DNA of 54,431 nucleotides, filler included, from Diploschistes diacapsis (lineage: Eukaryota), in NCBI GenBank assembly GCA_023645945.1. It is 5 parts of 5 records of this genome, joined end to end, with 100 filler letters (N's around TTAATTAATTAA, not from the genome) between each part and the next. Parts side by side here need not be neighbours in the genome. Positions count along the whole stretch, not along the records: positions 1 to 10,826 come from JALAIB010000886.1; positions 10,927 to 21,745 come from JALAIB010000887.1; 3 more parts are not named here. One strand, given 5' to 3'. The position numbers and the translations under genes are program-made. Positions 1 to 12,880 of the stretch are shown one piece after another (the first letter of the stretch is position 1; every line of letters starts with the position of its first letter). The notes beneath the pieces are model-generated. The model was not told the origin of the DNA, searched no databases, and saw nothing but the letters and a program-made list of their open reading frames with translations.

Positions 1-771
1 AAGTTATTCTTTTTTAATCGAGACCGTCTCGACTATCGTCGTTAAATCTCGATTATCCGCGATTAAACGTTAATAATCGATTTAGCGATAAAAGATACGT
101 ACGACGACCTTCGTATGTTTTTTAACGCCGAATTAAATTCCTTGTTCGTTTATATTTTAAATATTTTTAGAAGTAACGTCGTACTGAACGCGGAATTTTT
201 AAAAACGTTTTAAAAACAAGCGTAAAACCCCCGACGTCGCGGCGTCGGCTTTCTTATTTAAAAGAAAATTACTCTAAATTATACTTAATTCTAGATATCT
301 TTTTAAGAAACGCTGCGGTTAACTACGGTTTAATTAACGTTAGTTATTCGGCTCGGAAATATTTCAGATTTTCGCCGTTAAGCTTTTAAGTATTATAATA
401 GAAATAAAGAATCCTTCGGTCTATAAACGCTTTATATGTCTCGCGAGGACACTCTCTTACTCAACAATCAAAAACTACTGCGATTAATAATTAGTAAATT
501 TCTTAAGACGGCCATCAAGCTTGTCGTAAAAGGAAGAAAAAAGGACGCCGTTGTGTCGAGCGATTTCATAAAGCGACAGCGAGGAAGATCGAGTTTTCGC
601 CTCGATGAAAGCATTTTCTATCATCGAGAGTATTTAGGTTTAAATTAGCAAAAAATAAAAAAATATATGGAGCTTACAATGGATGAAAAAGGGGAGGGCA
701 TTTTGGATATAAAAAAGCGCTTGTGGATATTCGGTTACTAGGGTCCGTTCGGTTATTAGGGGCAACACTCC
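1..771 (-). mobile_element. RIP-degraded pogo/Fot1-like (Tc1/mariner superfamily) DNA transposon, one end, truncated by window start
   Basis: AT-rich and CpA/TpG-depleted. Minus-strand translation near 180-120 gives KNI*NINEQGI*FG, which reverts by A->G/T->C to NIWNMDEQGIQFG (first-D motif of DDE_1 transposases), followed by DNRDLTTIVETVS. TIR-like end at ~725-771 followed by TA. Confidence 0.8.
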
Positions 772-773
772 TA
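725..773 (-). repeat. Putative terminal inverted repeat with internal direct repeat, plus TA target site
   Basis: TTCGGTTACTAGGG (730-743) and TTCGGTTATTAGGG (748-761) are a 14-bp near-perfect direct repeat, as in Fot1/Pot2-type TIRs. TA at 772-773 marks the switch to normal composition. The partner TIR is not in the window. Confidence 0.6.
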
Positions 774-3700
774 CAAATAATTTACATAGGATTTGCTGGT
801 ATCAGAATGGTGCTCTCCACGACTATTTTCGCACCAGATACGCGTGAATTGATCCCAGCTCATAAGTTGACATTCAAGCGTTCCGTCCAAGCGACTTGAA
901 TAGGGGTATATCAGTAACCTTTCTGTATGAAACCAGACGTTGAGTAGGTAAGAGCATTTCTAATGGCTGCGGAAAAATACTACTGATTCCAAGTGAACAC
1001 ATTCTGGCAGTTTAACGGCAACCACCGCATAGCTGATTCGTATGACGATCACCATGGCACCTACATCCCACTGTGCAAAGAACCCTCGAATGAGATGCAG
1101 TTGCTGACAAAGACATTGTCTTGTTCTGGGGTTTCACCAAGGGTGGGGGTCTCCCATGCAGAGAAGAACGTGAAAAGGCAGGAGGATTATCATTTTCCGA
1201 GGTAAAGGCTTTTTGCAAGGTCTTCCTCTCCTGATGGCCATGAAACCGGCATTGGGGTCTGGAAGCCATCTGCAAGCGCAAGCACAAGCACGAAGCTGCT
1301 CCCGTTATTATCTGCAACACCTCCTATAGCATAAGGAGCGGTTCCAACATCCAGGGGTCCAAGGGAGGCAGCTTAGCTTAGAAGAGAAAGCTTGTTGTGG
1401 CGTGGGTTGAGTAGCAAGATCAACCTCACCGTCCCTATACCACTGCAGGGCTAAATATTTTTCAACAAGAAGCAGATCGCTATGAGAAGAAGCTTTGTGT
1501 GTTTTGGTCGTAGATGCTCGGCACTTATCCTTCTGTAATATATAGGTCGAAGCTGTTGTGAACCCACCCAACCGCAGGCCAATCGGCATTTGGATGTTTG
1601 AAGACTATCAGTGCGGCTTTTTCACGAAACGAAAATTTGGAAATTGACAGACCTGGTTCTCTGTACCGTGCAGTGGTAGCAGTTGGGCTTTTGCATGGCC
1701 GATACGAAATGCACTTATGCAGAGCAACGTGAAAAGTGCAATCACCGCCTCGATGCCGGTAGTACAAACTTCTTTACACCATGAAGACCTCTTAATCGCT
1801 GCAGGAATGCTAAGATCTGTTGATGCGCTCTGCCGTATATATGTCCTGGGAAAGGTCGGATATACTCAAAGGAGCAATTCAATTCGAGCCGATACCCTAC
1901 TCAAGGTAGTACGTGACCCGAATCTCGTGTGGCCCTAAACATCGTTCCAGATCATGGCTGAACATACCACCAGACGGACAATGGGACTTGGGATTAAGGA
2001 CCAGATATTCGCAAGATTTCCGGGGAAATCGGGATTCTGCACTGGAGAGGTGGTACAAATCCAGACTTCAGGAGGAAGGTGCGACCCGAAAAAAGCCAGT
2101 CAGGTTACTGGAGTAGAAGAGCAAGCCATACGCGTTAGGGCCGGAACCTCCATTTATCAACAAATGTTGAGAATCCTTCTGTGGTTCCGCGTGGTAGCGG
2201 CGTGGTTGGTGACGAAGTCACATGCATTTTTCTGCAAAGTCGCGTCGAAGCCAGTGTCTGCGAAAAGGCAGGTTTCTGCAGCTTTAGACAGCGGGAGAGG
2301 TGTATCGTGACTCCTGGTGTCCGTGGAGTAGCTTATCGACCTCCGGGTCCAAGAGCTGTGATCGTCATGGCATTGCGATAGGGAAACACCAAGCATTAAT
2401 CGATGTACGGAGCCCAGTACCGTGGATACGGATCAAGCTTTGACTAGAGGGTACAAGAATCATCATGCTGTGCTCAAGACCAGCCGTTTCTCATGACTGG
2501 CGGCACCGCGCTTTTGTGTAATAGAAGCTGCAGATTTCGAGCGGACCATGCTCATGAGAGAGGAAAGCGACTGTCGCACGCGTGGTGTGCTGCAGCGACG
2601 GAACATGCAGTGTAAGATGGACTAGAAGAGTATTGAAAAAGCGGCGTTCCAACCATGAACTTGTCCTTTGCCGTCTGCCAACAGGAAGTGAAGTTGTTTT
2701 AAAGCCTACGAAGATCAGGATCATCATGATGGAGTTGACGGTAATCGAGAGCTCAGCTGCCCCACCTGGTGACTCTTGGACGATTGCCGTCGAATCCTCG
2801 TGGGGGTCAAGCTCTCAAGCCCTCTGTGACACCTGGGGCAGCGGGGATCAGGCCCCTGCGACTAGTATTCCTCATGCACCAACAAACAGAATGCCGACAG
2901 CGGCTGCAAGTGAGGGCGTTGAGCTCGTGAAGCGAAGCGTTGCAAAGCGTCTAGTAGGCTCCACGTCAGACGTCAACTCGGCTGCTCAACCATACGAAGA
3001 AGCCATGAACCACGACAAGTAACAGGATAATGTACTTGATATGGCGTGCGAGATACCCACTAGCTCAAGCCATTGATTATGCACTTGGGCGTTTCGAGGC
3101 TTGCCGGCACGTATCCGTCCCGTCCATCAAACTCAATGTGCTTAACCGAAGCGTCAGTTAGTTCAGGTCAAAAAGGTATCGTTTAAGTTCTTCGTCCTAT
3201 TCACCAGCCGAGTTAAGGTTTTCGATGTTTTGAGTGTCAAGTCTCGCATGTTTCAGTCAGCGGACGGTAGGCCACGAAATTGCCAGCAAAGCAGGGAATG
3301 CTTCGTATCACTCACTGCTGAAGAAACTACGACAGTCAGTTCGACGGAAGAGTAATAACTTATTTCTCTCCTACTTTGTTAAATTGTACCTGCATCGTGC
3401 CTTGCAGATGCTTCCACCAAACCGGTTTGTCGAAGGCTCCAATGACTCAGATCTTCTCAATGGGAGTAAATTAATAAGATGTATTTTGATACTCGACAAT
3501 GAAATGAAGCCAGATATCAGCAGTTGTGCGGTTAGGGTTTGCTTAGATAATAAAGCCAAGGCCAATCACCGGACCGAGCTGTTTTACTCTGCTCTCCTAT
3601 ATCTACAACTATACACCATACACTTACACTTACACTTACACACTATTGTATGCATCGAATGTTTATACATCTCATACTCTCTCACATGGAAGTTTTCCAC

Positions 3701-5107
3701 AAACTTTAAGTTAGTTTCTTACCCAATCAGCACACACAGTACGCTGCAGATCTGCAGATGCTACTTGGCTCCATGGCCAGCCCTGCAATTTCTAATGCGC
3801 TGACGGCAGTTTGCACATCAGTGAAATGTGAAATGCCTCCGAGGATCATCTGCGATGTTGTGATCAACTTCATTTCCCACTTCGTATTCCAGCAATACAA
3901 GCTAGCCCCCCGCAGAATAAAGGTTAGCGCTGATTAGTGCGCGCAGGGTCTTTCACGATATATCAGCACACGTTGAGCTTCTAATCAGCGCTGACCTTTA
4001 TTCTAGGGGGTCCTTTCTACCAGCCACCTGCGCGGCCAGATTCGGTGTCTATAATCATAGGCATTTAAACAACGTAGAGATAGAATAGAATGCAGCCTAT
4101 TCTCGCTTGTCAAGCCGATTACAATGTCAATCCCACGTTGACGTGTTGGGGCAGCAGAGCAGAGCAAGATCAACAAGGTATGGCTGACCAACATGAGCCG
4201 TTATGCTTCCAATGTTCGCGATCAAATACCAGCTTTCTAGCCTTCCTTGCGGCGTGGTCGACATGCTATAAGATAGGTGCGGCAAGCAAACAAGTTTGTG
4301 GGGAAAAGCTCTTGAGGACTCTTTGAAGAAGACTGTCAAGGCGGCAAGTCAAGCCCTCTTCAGCCAGGGCGCATGAGGATCGGACAGCCGGAGCAGCGAG
4401 CAGTTGGCAGACCGTAGACCTACCAGAAGATGCAACTAACGATACAAATACGGTTGTGCATGGAAGCGAGATGCGCAGTCTGGACTGCCAGGACGCTGCT
4501 GGCCCGCTACTATGGTATGGCTGGCTTCAAGCCAAGTTGTTCCGCTCATCCTCATCTGCTCGTGTTTGCGCATCGTCTTAGGTCTACGGAGGTATTACAA
4601 CGAACCGACTCTGCCCAGGCTGCCAATCTGCCAATGGTACAATTGACTATTACGAGTAGCAACTTGCTTCGTTAGACGTTTGGGGCTCGTGCTGCTATTT
4701 CGGAAAAGAGCTCTAAAATGACCTCCTTTCTTTTCCTCGACATCTCCATAGCTTTCAATTCCAAGCGCGCCTCGCATATATGCCTGGAACCGGCTGTCCT
4801 CCATTCCGAGATGAAGCCTCAAAAACAAAAACAATGCGATGCGATGCATGAGACAAACTCCGATGCTCGTGGTAGCCCTGGTGGCCTCCTGACGTGGTTG
4901 AGCTTGCTGCGTCGAAACCGTTCGAACCTGTTTAACGTTAGAACTTGGAACACACGGCACGGCGGCATGGCATAGCATAGCATGGCATGACGGGTGGGGG
5001 TAACTCGGATGAAAGAGGCTTGCTTGACTTTCTCTCACACACACAGCTGTTAAGCGAGCCAGGATGCCCCCTAATCGAAAGCATCAAAGTTCGTACTTTT
5101 TGTAGGA

Positions 5108-5181
5108 AGAATAATATCAATAATAATGTTAATTATTATAATATTATTAATAATAACAGCAGCAGCAATAATAGTAATAAT
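5108..5181. repeat. (AAT)n/(AGC)n low-complexity microsatellite
   Basis: Imperfect AAT and CAG runs seen directly. Confidence 0.8.
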
Positions 5182-6107
5182 CTACAAGGAAGCAACAGAT
5201 GGTAATTTAGTAAAGCGAGATTGTGGCTTGCCCCGCTAAGCAATAACAACAACCACCACCACCGTCCTATCCTGCCCGACTTACTAACATCTTTCCACAA
5301 CCTACTAGGTACTAGGTAGGTACCTGGTAATTTGCCTACATATCTAAACCACTGTACCTTGTCCCCAATGCCCACACCAATGCTTGGTCTGTGATGAAGT
5401 GGGCCTGACGCTGCACACTGACCCCCCGTTGCTCTACTAGGTGCTTTGTCTCATGATGCCCATCACATCTGAAGCCTACCAGCATTGGCTCTTCTCTACT
5501 ACCCGACCCTGGCGTTTGGCAGGTTGCAACATATACGAGGACATGATTCGAAAAGACTGCAGCGCTGAGCCGGGTGTTGTGGCCAGCCTACCGGCAGAAC
5601 TTCAGCCGCCGATGATTCCCATTACGTCCTGGACGTCCTGCTCCTGTGCCTTAGTTCCTGCCGGACACGATGGAGAGGCCCTCAACAACCGAAGAGCAGG
5701 CTGAGAATGCAGCTCTGCTATTGGCACAAAGAGTCTTATCGAGTCGAAGCCGAATGTGGAACATTCAACCTCCCACAGCAAGATATTCCAGGAGGCTCAG
5801 TCGCTATGTTTGGGCCCGCTTGTTCCTTCAGCCCTGCCGCGTTCCATCGTTCACCTCACTTGGTGAGTCCCGTAGTTATACGGAGAGCTTAAGCCCTAAG
5901 GTATCAGTCATGACACTCGAGGGTTTCTGCCAGTGTCAGTGGCATTTCAGATCGCTGTGTCAGAAGCCACAAGCTCAGACCGTTCATTAAGGTATCGAAT
6001 AGGCTTCTACGCTACGGGCGACTACCGAAGGCCCGATCTTGAAAGGCCACTCCAAACAAATCTTATCCGAACCCCCTGTCTATACTCTGATCCCACCCCT
6101 ACCGGCT

Positions 6108-6141
6108 GCCCGTGCTTGTGCCTGTGCCTGTGCCTGTGCCT
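6108..6141. repeat. (TGCCTG)n hexanucleotide microsatellite
   Basis: About 5 tandem copies seen directly. Confidence 0.85.
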
Positions 6142-7498
6142 GGAGACCTGAAGCCCCATGGACCCATAGCTGCCCACTCTCAATAAGATTGCTCCTTAGC
6201 AGTTGTCCACTTTCCACACCCTGAAGAGGGAAGGGGGAAGAGGGAAGATGGCTGTCTAGGTCTGGGAATAGACACAAGTCTTGCAACACAGTTTCCGTGT
6301 TGTAGATTTACGGACCTCTCGCACCTGAATTCATTGCTCTCGTTCACTAGCCGGTCAACTTCCTCTGGAGCCGGATCCACATCATCTTAGGATTTTCATA
6401 TTTCTGGAGAGTGCCATCCGACTCGAGTTAATCCTGGCGGTATCGAATACTTCGAACTTGGGCGTTGGAGAACAGCTTACCAAAGACTTTCTCCCGCAAC
6501 TACTTAGCAGCTTCAGACAGGAGCCTGCTCAAGGTTGGAAAGTCTTATTAGCCTCATATCCTCCCCGCCGGACTAGTCTCTGACCCCTCAGTGCACTAGA
6601 TATTGCCTGCCTTTTTGGCACTCTGCAATCATAACCTAGTCTAGGACTACATCACAAGTGCCATATTGCTCCCCAGTATCGATCCAGCGCCAGAGGACCC
6701 TCCCCTGCCCCTCGAGTCCGATGATCTTGAATCTAGGGTGATACGCTACCCAGTGCTGAATCCTCAACACAAACACGGGGGTTATCCAACACAATCCTTC
6801 TCGACACCTCACTCAGGCTTCAAATTGTTGAACGTCTATGCAGAAACTTCCGCTGCTTTCAATTTAATCTCGCGCCCATTTACTGGACGCTCTGTTCTGA
6901 TACGAACGGCGTGAGATGCTTAAGGAAAATTCTGGCTTCAGATTACCGCGTCTTGAGTTTCATATAAATCAAATAGAGGGGACTGAGCATCCACTATCTT
7001 TCTCCTCTAGGCACGCAAGTAGCTTTGACCTTATCAGCGCTGACAGGCCTGGAATTACTTGCTTGTGGCAAGTTCGCGTCGTTTCGCCCTTGGTAGCTCT
7101 CGTCCCCGGCCCAAAAAGATCTTCTTGTACTAATTTCTGGCTAGGAGGCTGCCGCTTAGGCGTACGCCGTGAAAGGCCATCGTTTACGTATCCGGGAGGT
7201 TGACAACCTTACATTCGCCGTCGCTCTTTCAACGACTTCTGTCATTTGATTTCGTTTGCCTATCACCGTTCGCCACCTTGGCACCTATATTTCCCTTGAT
7301 AGCGTAGTACGAAGCATAACGCCAGGCTTAGCGGTTACTGTTCCGTCAGAGACGCGGTCGACTATAGTAATTACTTTTGCCGTTTATACTCAACGCCACC
7401 AGCGCGAGTGACGGTTGCCTGGTGTAATGCAGACTCGTGACTATTGAGAACCGAAGCCATCGATCGATTGTCCATTGCGGGAACCACAGCAACCACCA

Positions 7499-9848
7499 AT
7501 GTTAATGTCTGTATCTGCGCTGCAGATGGCCAGCGACTGGCAACCTCACAGACTCGGATCTCGCTCTACAGGTTTAGGGAATGGTTCAGGACAAAGCGGG
7601 CTGGGCTTGGGGTTTGGACGGATACAAACCTCGACTCTGGAGCGCCCACAGATGAAGAATCACGAAAGTTTTCCAAATTCGCTCTCTTCGAGTTATGCTA
7701 CCCTAGATAACCTGGGTCCAGCCGGCCAGACATCACCTCCTGCTGGGCAGGAAGATCTTCGGACTCCGCTACCTGCTGGCGAAAGCATACCTGAGACACC
7801 GAAACAGATCAAGGTGGAAATGATCCATGGCGGCTCCGCTCCAGCAAGTCCATTTGCCCAAATATCTCCAATGCCCGCGGAAGCGGAGGCAGACGAACGT
7901 CAAGAAGAGGAAGACGACTTCATTGGGTCACTTGATGATGATGATGAAGAGTTGTCAGAGAAACCCGAGAACAGCCAGACCGAGAAGACCGCTGAGCAGC
8001 GTCGAGCGGAGAAGAGAAAGATGAAACGCTTTCGGTCGGTACACCTCCTATGCGGTCGCTTACTAGTCGCTGATCTGTATCGTAGTCTCGCCCATAATCA
8101 GGCCCGCTTTCTCATGAGTGAATTCGCCCGTCAGGCGCACCCCGACGCTGCGCAACGAGAGCGGCTCGCCAAAGAAATTCCGGGTTTAAGCCCAAGACAA
8201 GTCCAAGTGTGGTTTCAAAATAGGTCTGCAGGATATGTCGCATTTCCTCCCCTACTACACTGACAATCAGAAGGCGCGCGAAGCTCAAGCGGCTTACAAT
8301 GGATGACAGAGAGCGGATGATGAAGTCCCGAGCGCTGCCAGAAGACTTCGACATGACACAAGCGCTGCACCCTCCCTTTACTGGAGGTGTGCCTCAACCA
8401 TACTCCCAAGGATTCACACCAGCTCTTCAGCCTCCGGCCTACTTTTCTCCTGCATGCAACGAGCACGCGTTGCTAAGACCTCCGCTCATGATGGCCGGCC
8501 TCCGCCGTGGGTCAGAAAATGACGGTACTATTTCGCCGATCAGTGTGCCGTCGAACCTCAATACGTTTTATACACCACCTGGATCTATTGCGACGACCGG
8601 GAGCCTTTCTCCAACCTTGTCTGTTTCAGGGCATCCGCATTTGATGGGCGATTGGCAGCAAAACCCCAGCGGCCGGGGTGTGGATCTTTATCCTCGTTCC
8701 GCCAGCATTTTGACTGGCTTCAACCCGCACATGCCTCGTCTACATTCAGGTCATGATCGCCTGACACGAGCCAGAGCTGAATCGTTAAGCTCTCCGCTTA
8801 GGATAAGTATGTCGTACAGCAGCGACGCCGATTTTGCCCCCCCAAGTATGGAAGAGACCGTACCGGCTTCGGATCATAACGGGCTTCAGCCGTTGAGGAG
8901 CTTTCCCATCGTAGCACCGTCAATGTCAAAACCTACGGAATTCTCCTGTGAGTCTCTTTTCGTACCATCCGTTTCTCCCTTCTGAGGTGGCAGAAGCATG
9001 CCGCTCAGCGCTTGTCAAGATCTTTGAGAAATAGGGTAGAAGACTGTTATTCTTTCTTCATTTAGCCCAGCAATGTACTGAATGCCTTTGAAGATCTCCC
9101 CTATAGTTTCCAGTCATCACTGCTTGCACGGCCTCGACCCAATCTACCGCCAGGTCTTGATCTCCGACCAAATTATCATCGTTCGCTCTTTCCTTTTTCT
9201 AAACTCGCCCAGCAAACGGATTTACAATCCCCAAACTCGCATCCACAAGGCGCAACACCTGCACGCATTCAGGCTCACACCCTATCTAATACCCAAGCGT
9301 CGACCCCGCAGCAGCACGATCAACCTCCTCAATCACCCTATCGCTCTCTGGCTTACGCTTCCACCCCTTTGGTTCCTCCGCATGATTTTCGTCTGCCACG
9401 TTCTCAGAATCATTGTGGCATTCAGTATCCGACCATGGAGAATGACGCCCAAGGGTATAGGGTTGGCGTGGACTCTGCTCCAAGCACAGCCACCGTCGCG
9501 GAACGCTCGCTCGAGCCGGTGAGCTATCACAAACCGGAGCCTGAAACGCGACGTATAACCCCTTTACAACCTCGGGATCAGCATCAAGATCATGAACCCC
9601 AGCAAGTTTCGCCGCAATACCAACAGCTCGTACCAGTCCAATCGCACCAACTGCTTCACCCTTCACAGTCACAACAGTATCCTTCTGCCCCAGTTCCATC
9701 GCGGAATGCAGGCACGAAGGGAAGACGAGATAATGAAGACTACGAAGACTTTGAAGGACATGACCGTTATGGGTCTGAGATGGCTGGTTTTTCAAGAACG
9801 GGGAGTTTCACAGCGCCGACAGGATACAACAGCGGCCAGAACCGCTGA
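7499..9848 (+). CDS. Homeodomain transcription factor (fungal, possibly Hox7/Pth12-like), 4 exons
   Basis: Spliced homeodomain KRKMKRFR|LAHNQARFLMSEFARQAHPDAAQRERLAKEIPGLSPRQVQVWFQNR|RAKLKRL. Introns: 8035-8085 (GTCGGT..GCTGAT..TAG), 8224-8270/8273, and 8948-~9093 (GTGAGT..CTGAA..AAG). The last exon is open through PPGLDLR and PLVPPHDFRLP to the stop at 9848. The start ATG and the subfamily are inferred. Confidence 0.9.
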
Positions 9849-10826
9849 TACATATGAAAGCCTTTACGGCCACACCAAAATCCAAGCAGCTAGGTTACAG
9901 AGCGCCTCTAATAACGAATGTCTGGCCTCCCAATACCTTCACTTCTTGTACGTTGTTTCTAGCATTCTTTATTCCAGCGATGGCTGAGCTTGCTCTGCCT
10001 AGTTGGAATGTCGCAAGACGCGTTTGTCGAAGCGAAGCCAAGTGATACCCACTGTTTTCGAAGACTTTATCCTTATCTCAATCATCTATTCCTTTTCAAG
10101 CTGTTCGAAACTGTCAAGTTGATACTTTTGGGTTGCCAAGCTGGTCATTGTGAGTACTGGAAATGGGTGACGAGGCAAGACTCGCAAAAGACCAGTTGCA
10201 CTGTTTGGGGGTATTTTGAAGTTGTCAAGCGGGGTCTTTGGCCGCTCACAATATCCGGAGACTTGGAAGACCCGCGGAAGAAGAGGGATGGTTGAGACCC
10301 GGCAGGATATGAAGGTGCATCTGGCAAAGCACCAAGGCATCAGTCTACAATGGAGATTTAAGCGTTGATTCAATATATATCTGCTTTGGACAAGGCCGAC
10401 AGGGCAGGGGACAACTTCCGGCCACTGCTCTACTTCTTTCCTGCTGCCTCCACCATTATCTCGTGCTCTGCTCTACCATACCTCCCATGTACCTTTGCTC
10501 GCTCGATCGACTCTCGTATTGTAGGCTACACGCTCGCGGAGCTAAGAACAGCACTGAGATTCATGATTCCACCTCTAGCAGCGGCAGAATCTTCAACACA
10601 CCACCCCGACGCACAACCTCACCACAGCATGATCATCCCCCACCCACAAGCAATTCTTACCCCCGCCAAACTCCTCACCGTATCCCCAATATTCTGCCCA
10701 ATCCTCTCACCGTCCTCGCAATATCATCATACCCCGGCGCCTCCTCGGGCCCTTCCCTCCCCACCGCTCAGAAATCCTCCAGCAAGTTCGCCCTTTCGCG
10801 CCCGGGGCGCCGCCGCCAACCCCACC

Positions 10827-10926
10827 NNNNNNNNNNNNNNNNNNNNNNNNNNNNNNNNNNNNNNNNNNNNTTAATTAATTAANNNNNNNNNNNNNNNNNN
10901 NNNNNNNNNNNNNNNNNNNNNNNNNN
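10827..10926. other. Artificial contig spacer N44-TTAATTAATTAA-N44
   Basis: Exactly 100 nt; the linker has stops in all six frames; identical at four places. Confidence 0.99.
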
Positions 10927-12108
10927 GGTTGGTAGGGTCGAGGGGAGTGCCTGGTTTGGGGGGACAGGACGTGGATGTTAGCATGCGATTTTCCTTTTCC
11001 TCTGTTGCTAGCTCTCTGTAGGCAGTTGTGGTTGCAAGGATGTTACGGGTGAGAAAGTCATAGCGTCGGAGAGCCCGCAAACGGATAGGTAGGAAAAGCT
11101 GTGACTCACTGCTCGCAAAACAAGCCTGCAGCACGTTCAACGCCCGCCTCATATCCCCCCTGCTCAGCTTGACCAGTGCCGCCGTCGCCTCCTCCTCGAT
11201 CAGCACGCCCTCCCTTTCGATGACCAGATCCACTAGCCGCCGGATATCTGGCTCCTTCAGCGGGCTGAACCTGAACCGCGTGCACCGCGACAACACGGCC
11301 TGCGACAGCTTGTGCGTGTAGTTTGCTATGATGCAGAACCGAGTGTTTGCCGTGTAGCGCTCCATGATGCGCCGCAGCGCCATCTGTGCGGTCGAGGTCA
11401 TGGCGTCGGCTTCGTCGAGGATGATGAGCTTGAAGGAGGCGAGGGAGCTCGCGGAGGGGGTCGAGCTGGAGAAGGGGGCGGTGGAGAATATTTGTTTGGT
11501 GCCTGCGTGCGTTAGGGTGGCGTTATTATCCGCTTCCGTCGGGCTATCGAGGGAGAGAGAAAGGAAGGGCTTGGAAGCAGGAGGAAGGACTGACTGGCAA
11601 ATGTCTTTATCTGCTCTCGTACAACGTCAATGCCGCGGTCATCACTGGCATTCAGTTCGAGCACCATCTGGCGCATGTTCTTTGGGCCGTAGATTTTTCG
11701 TGCCAGAGCTAGAATCGTAGAGGTCTTCCCGGTACCTGGAGGGCCGTAGAGAAGGAGATGAGGCAACCGCTGTCCCGTATTCGTCAGTCCTATTACCTCC
11801 CGGAGCACCAGACTGAGCCTTACATTTTTCTCCACAAACTTGTTGATGGTATTGATAATGTCTTTGTGACCGGATACATCGTCGAGGGTCTCGGGGCGGT
11901 ATTTCTCTACCCTGAGTCTAGTCAGCACAAAATTTTTGGTGTCGAGATCGACAAGGACTTACCAGGGCAGACTATCCTCTGCTTCTACCGGCAGGTTCGC
12001 AGCGCTCCGCTTGCCCTTCGCATTAGTATTGGCGGAGCTGAAGGTCACTTCGTCGGTGGCTGCGGCGCCGGGGCCATCAATGTCCATTTCGTCTTCGAAG
12101 TCGGACAT
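10927..12108 (-). CDS. RFC3: Replication factor C small subunit (yeast Rfc3 / human RFC5 type), 3' end truncated by contig edge
   Basis: [11 protein letters not shown]...LPW|VEKYRP, Walker [24 protein letters not shown], Walker B IILDEAD, SRC motif, [11 protein letters not shown]. Introns at ~11912-11962, ~11770-11823 and ~11500-11590. Confidence 0.95.
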
Positions 12109-12880
12109 GGTTGTGGAGTTTGGCAGGCAACTGAGATCACAAGTTGGGAACAGCAACGTTCAATAATGGCTAATTTTGAAGCTGCTGTCAAAAATAGCTA
12201 GCTTCAATCTATTCCTGGAGCTACATTCAACTTGCGCAGAGTGGGTGACGTGAAGCGCGTCTTTTTGGCGTGTTCCCAGGGCGGACACGCCAAGACATTT
12301 GGAGCCTGAGGGCTTTGCTGGAAGAGGTAAATCGATTTCTCAATCATCAGTTCTTCTATCTAACTAAAACGACACCATTTTCTCTCGCTTGAGGAAGCAC
12401 TAAGACCTTTCACACTGAAAGACTATTATGATAAACTTTGAGTACTCTACGGAGTTCCAAAGATGAATCCTCTGGTGGGCATTACTACTTCGTCTCATTC
12501 TGAAGTGTCCATGTTTTCGTGTAGAATGGCGTACCCCTTAACGAGGACAAGCAGGACACAATAGTCGCTACAAGCGACGCTGAAGCGCTGCAGAGATGCT
12601 CGCCCCTGGTTCTTTCGGTTGCTGGGTGGTTCGTCTCATTTACAGGTAGTGCTCTTAGGTTTGAACAATATCCGACTCGGTTTTCAATGTTCAAGTACAG
12701 AGCGCATGCTTTCTTTTGCACCGTGATCATGAGAGTTTCCCTTGCTCCTTCTTCTACCTTGTCCTTTTTCTCAATTTACCGTGAAGTTTCATCAGGAACC
12801 GCTTTGGTTACACCAATCCTCAACCAACAAGACTGGCAGTACAAGTTGCTAGGAGCCCCAAATTCCAGAACCCTGCAATC

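Noticed and set aside
1300..3022. Coding-like fragments next to the transposon
   Set aside because: Short ORFs on both strands with many stops and no recognisable family; possibly a decayed gene, but I cannot support it.
3234..3803. 189-aa ORF upstream of the homeobox gene
   Set aside because: Non-ATG start, runs through a TACACT repeat, and has atypical composition.
10871..10882. TTAATTAATTAA repeated four times at ~10.9-kb spacing (could look like a biological periodic motif or a piggyBac site)
   Set aside because: It always sits centred in N runs totalling 100 nt, so it is an assembly linker.
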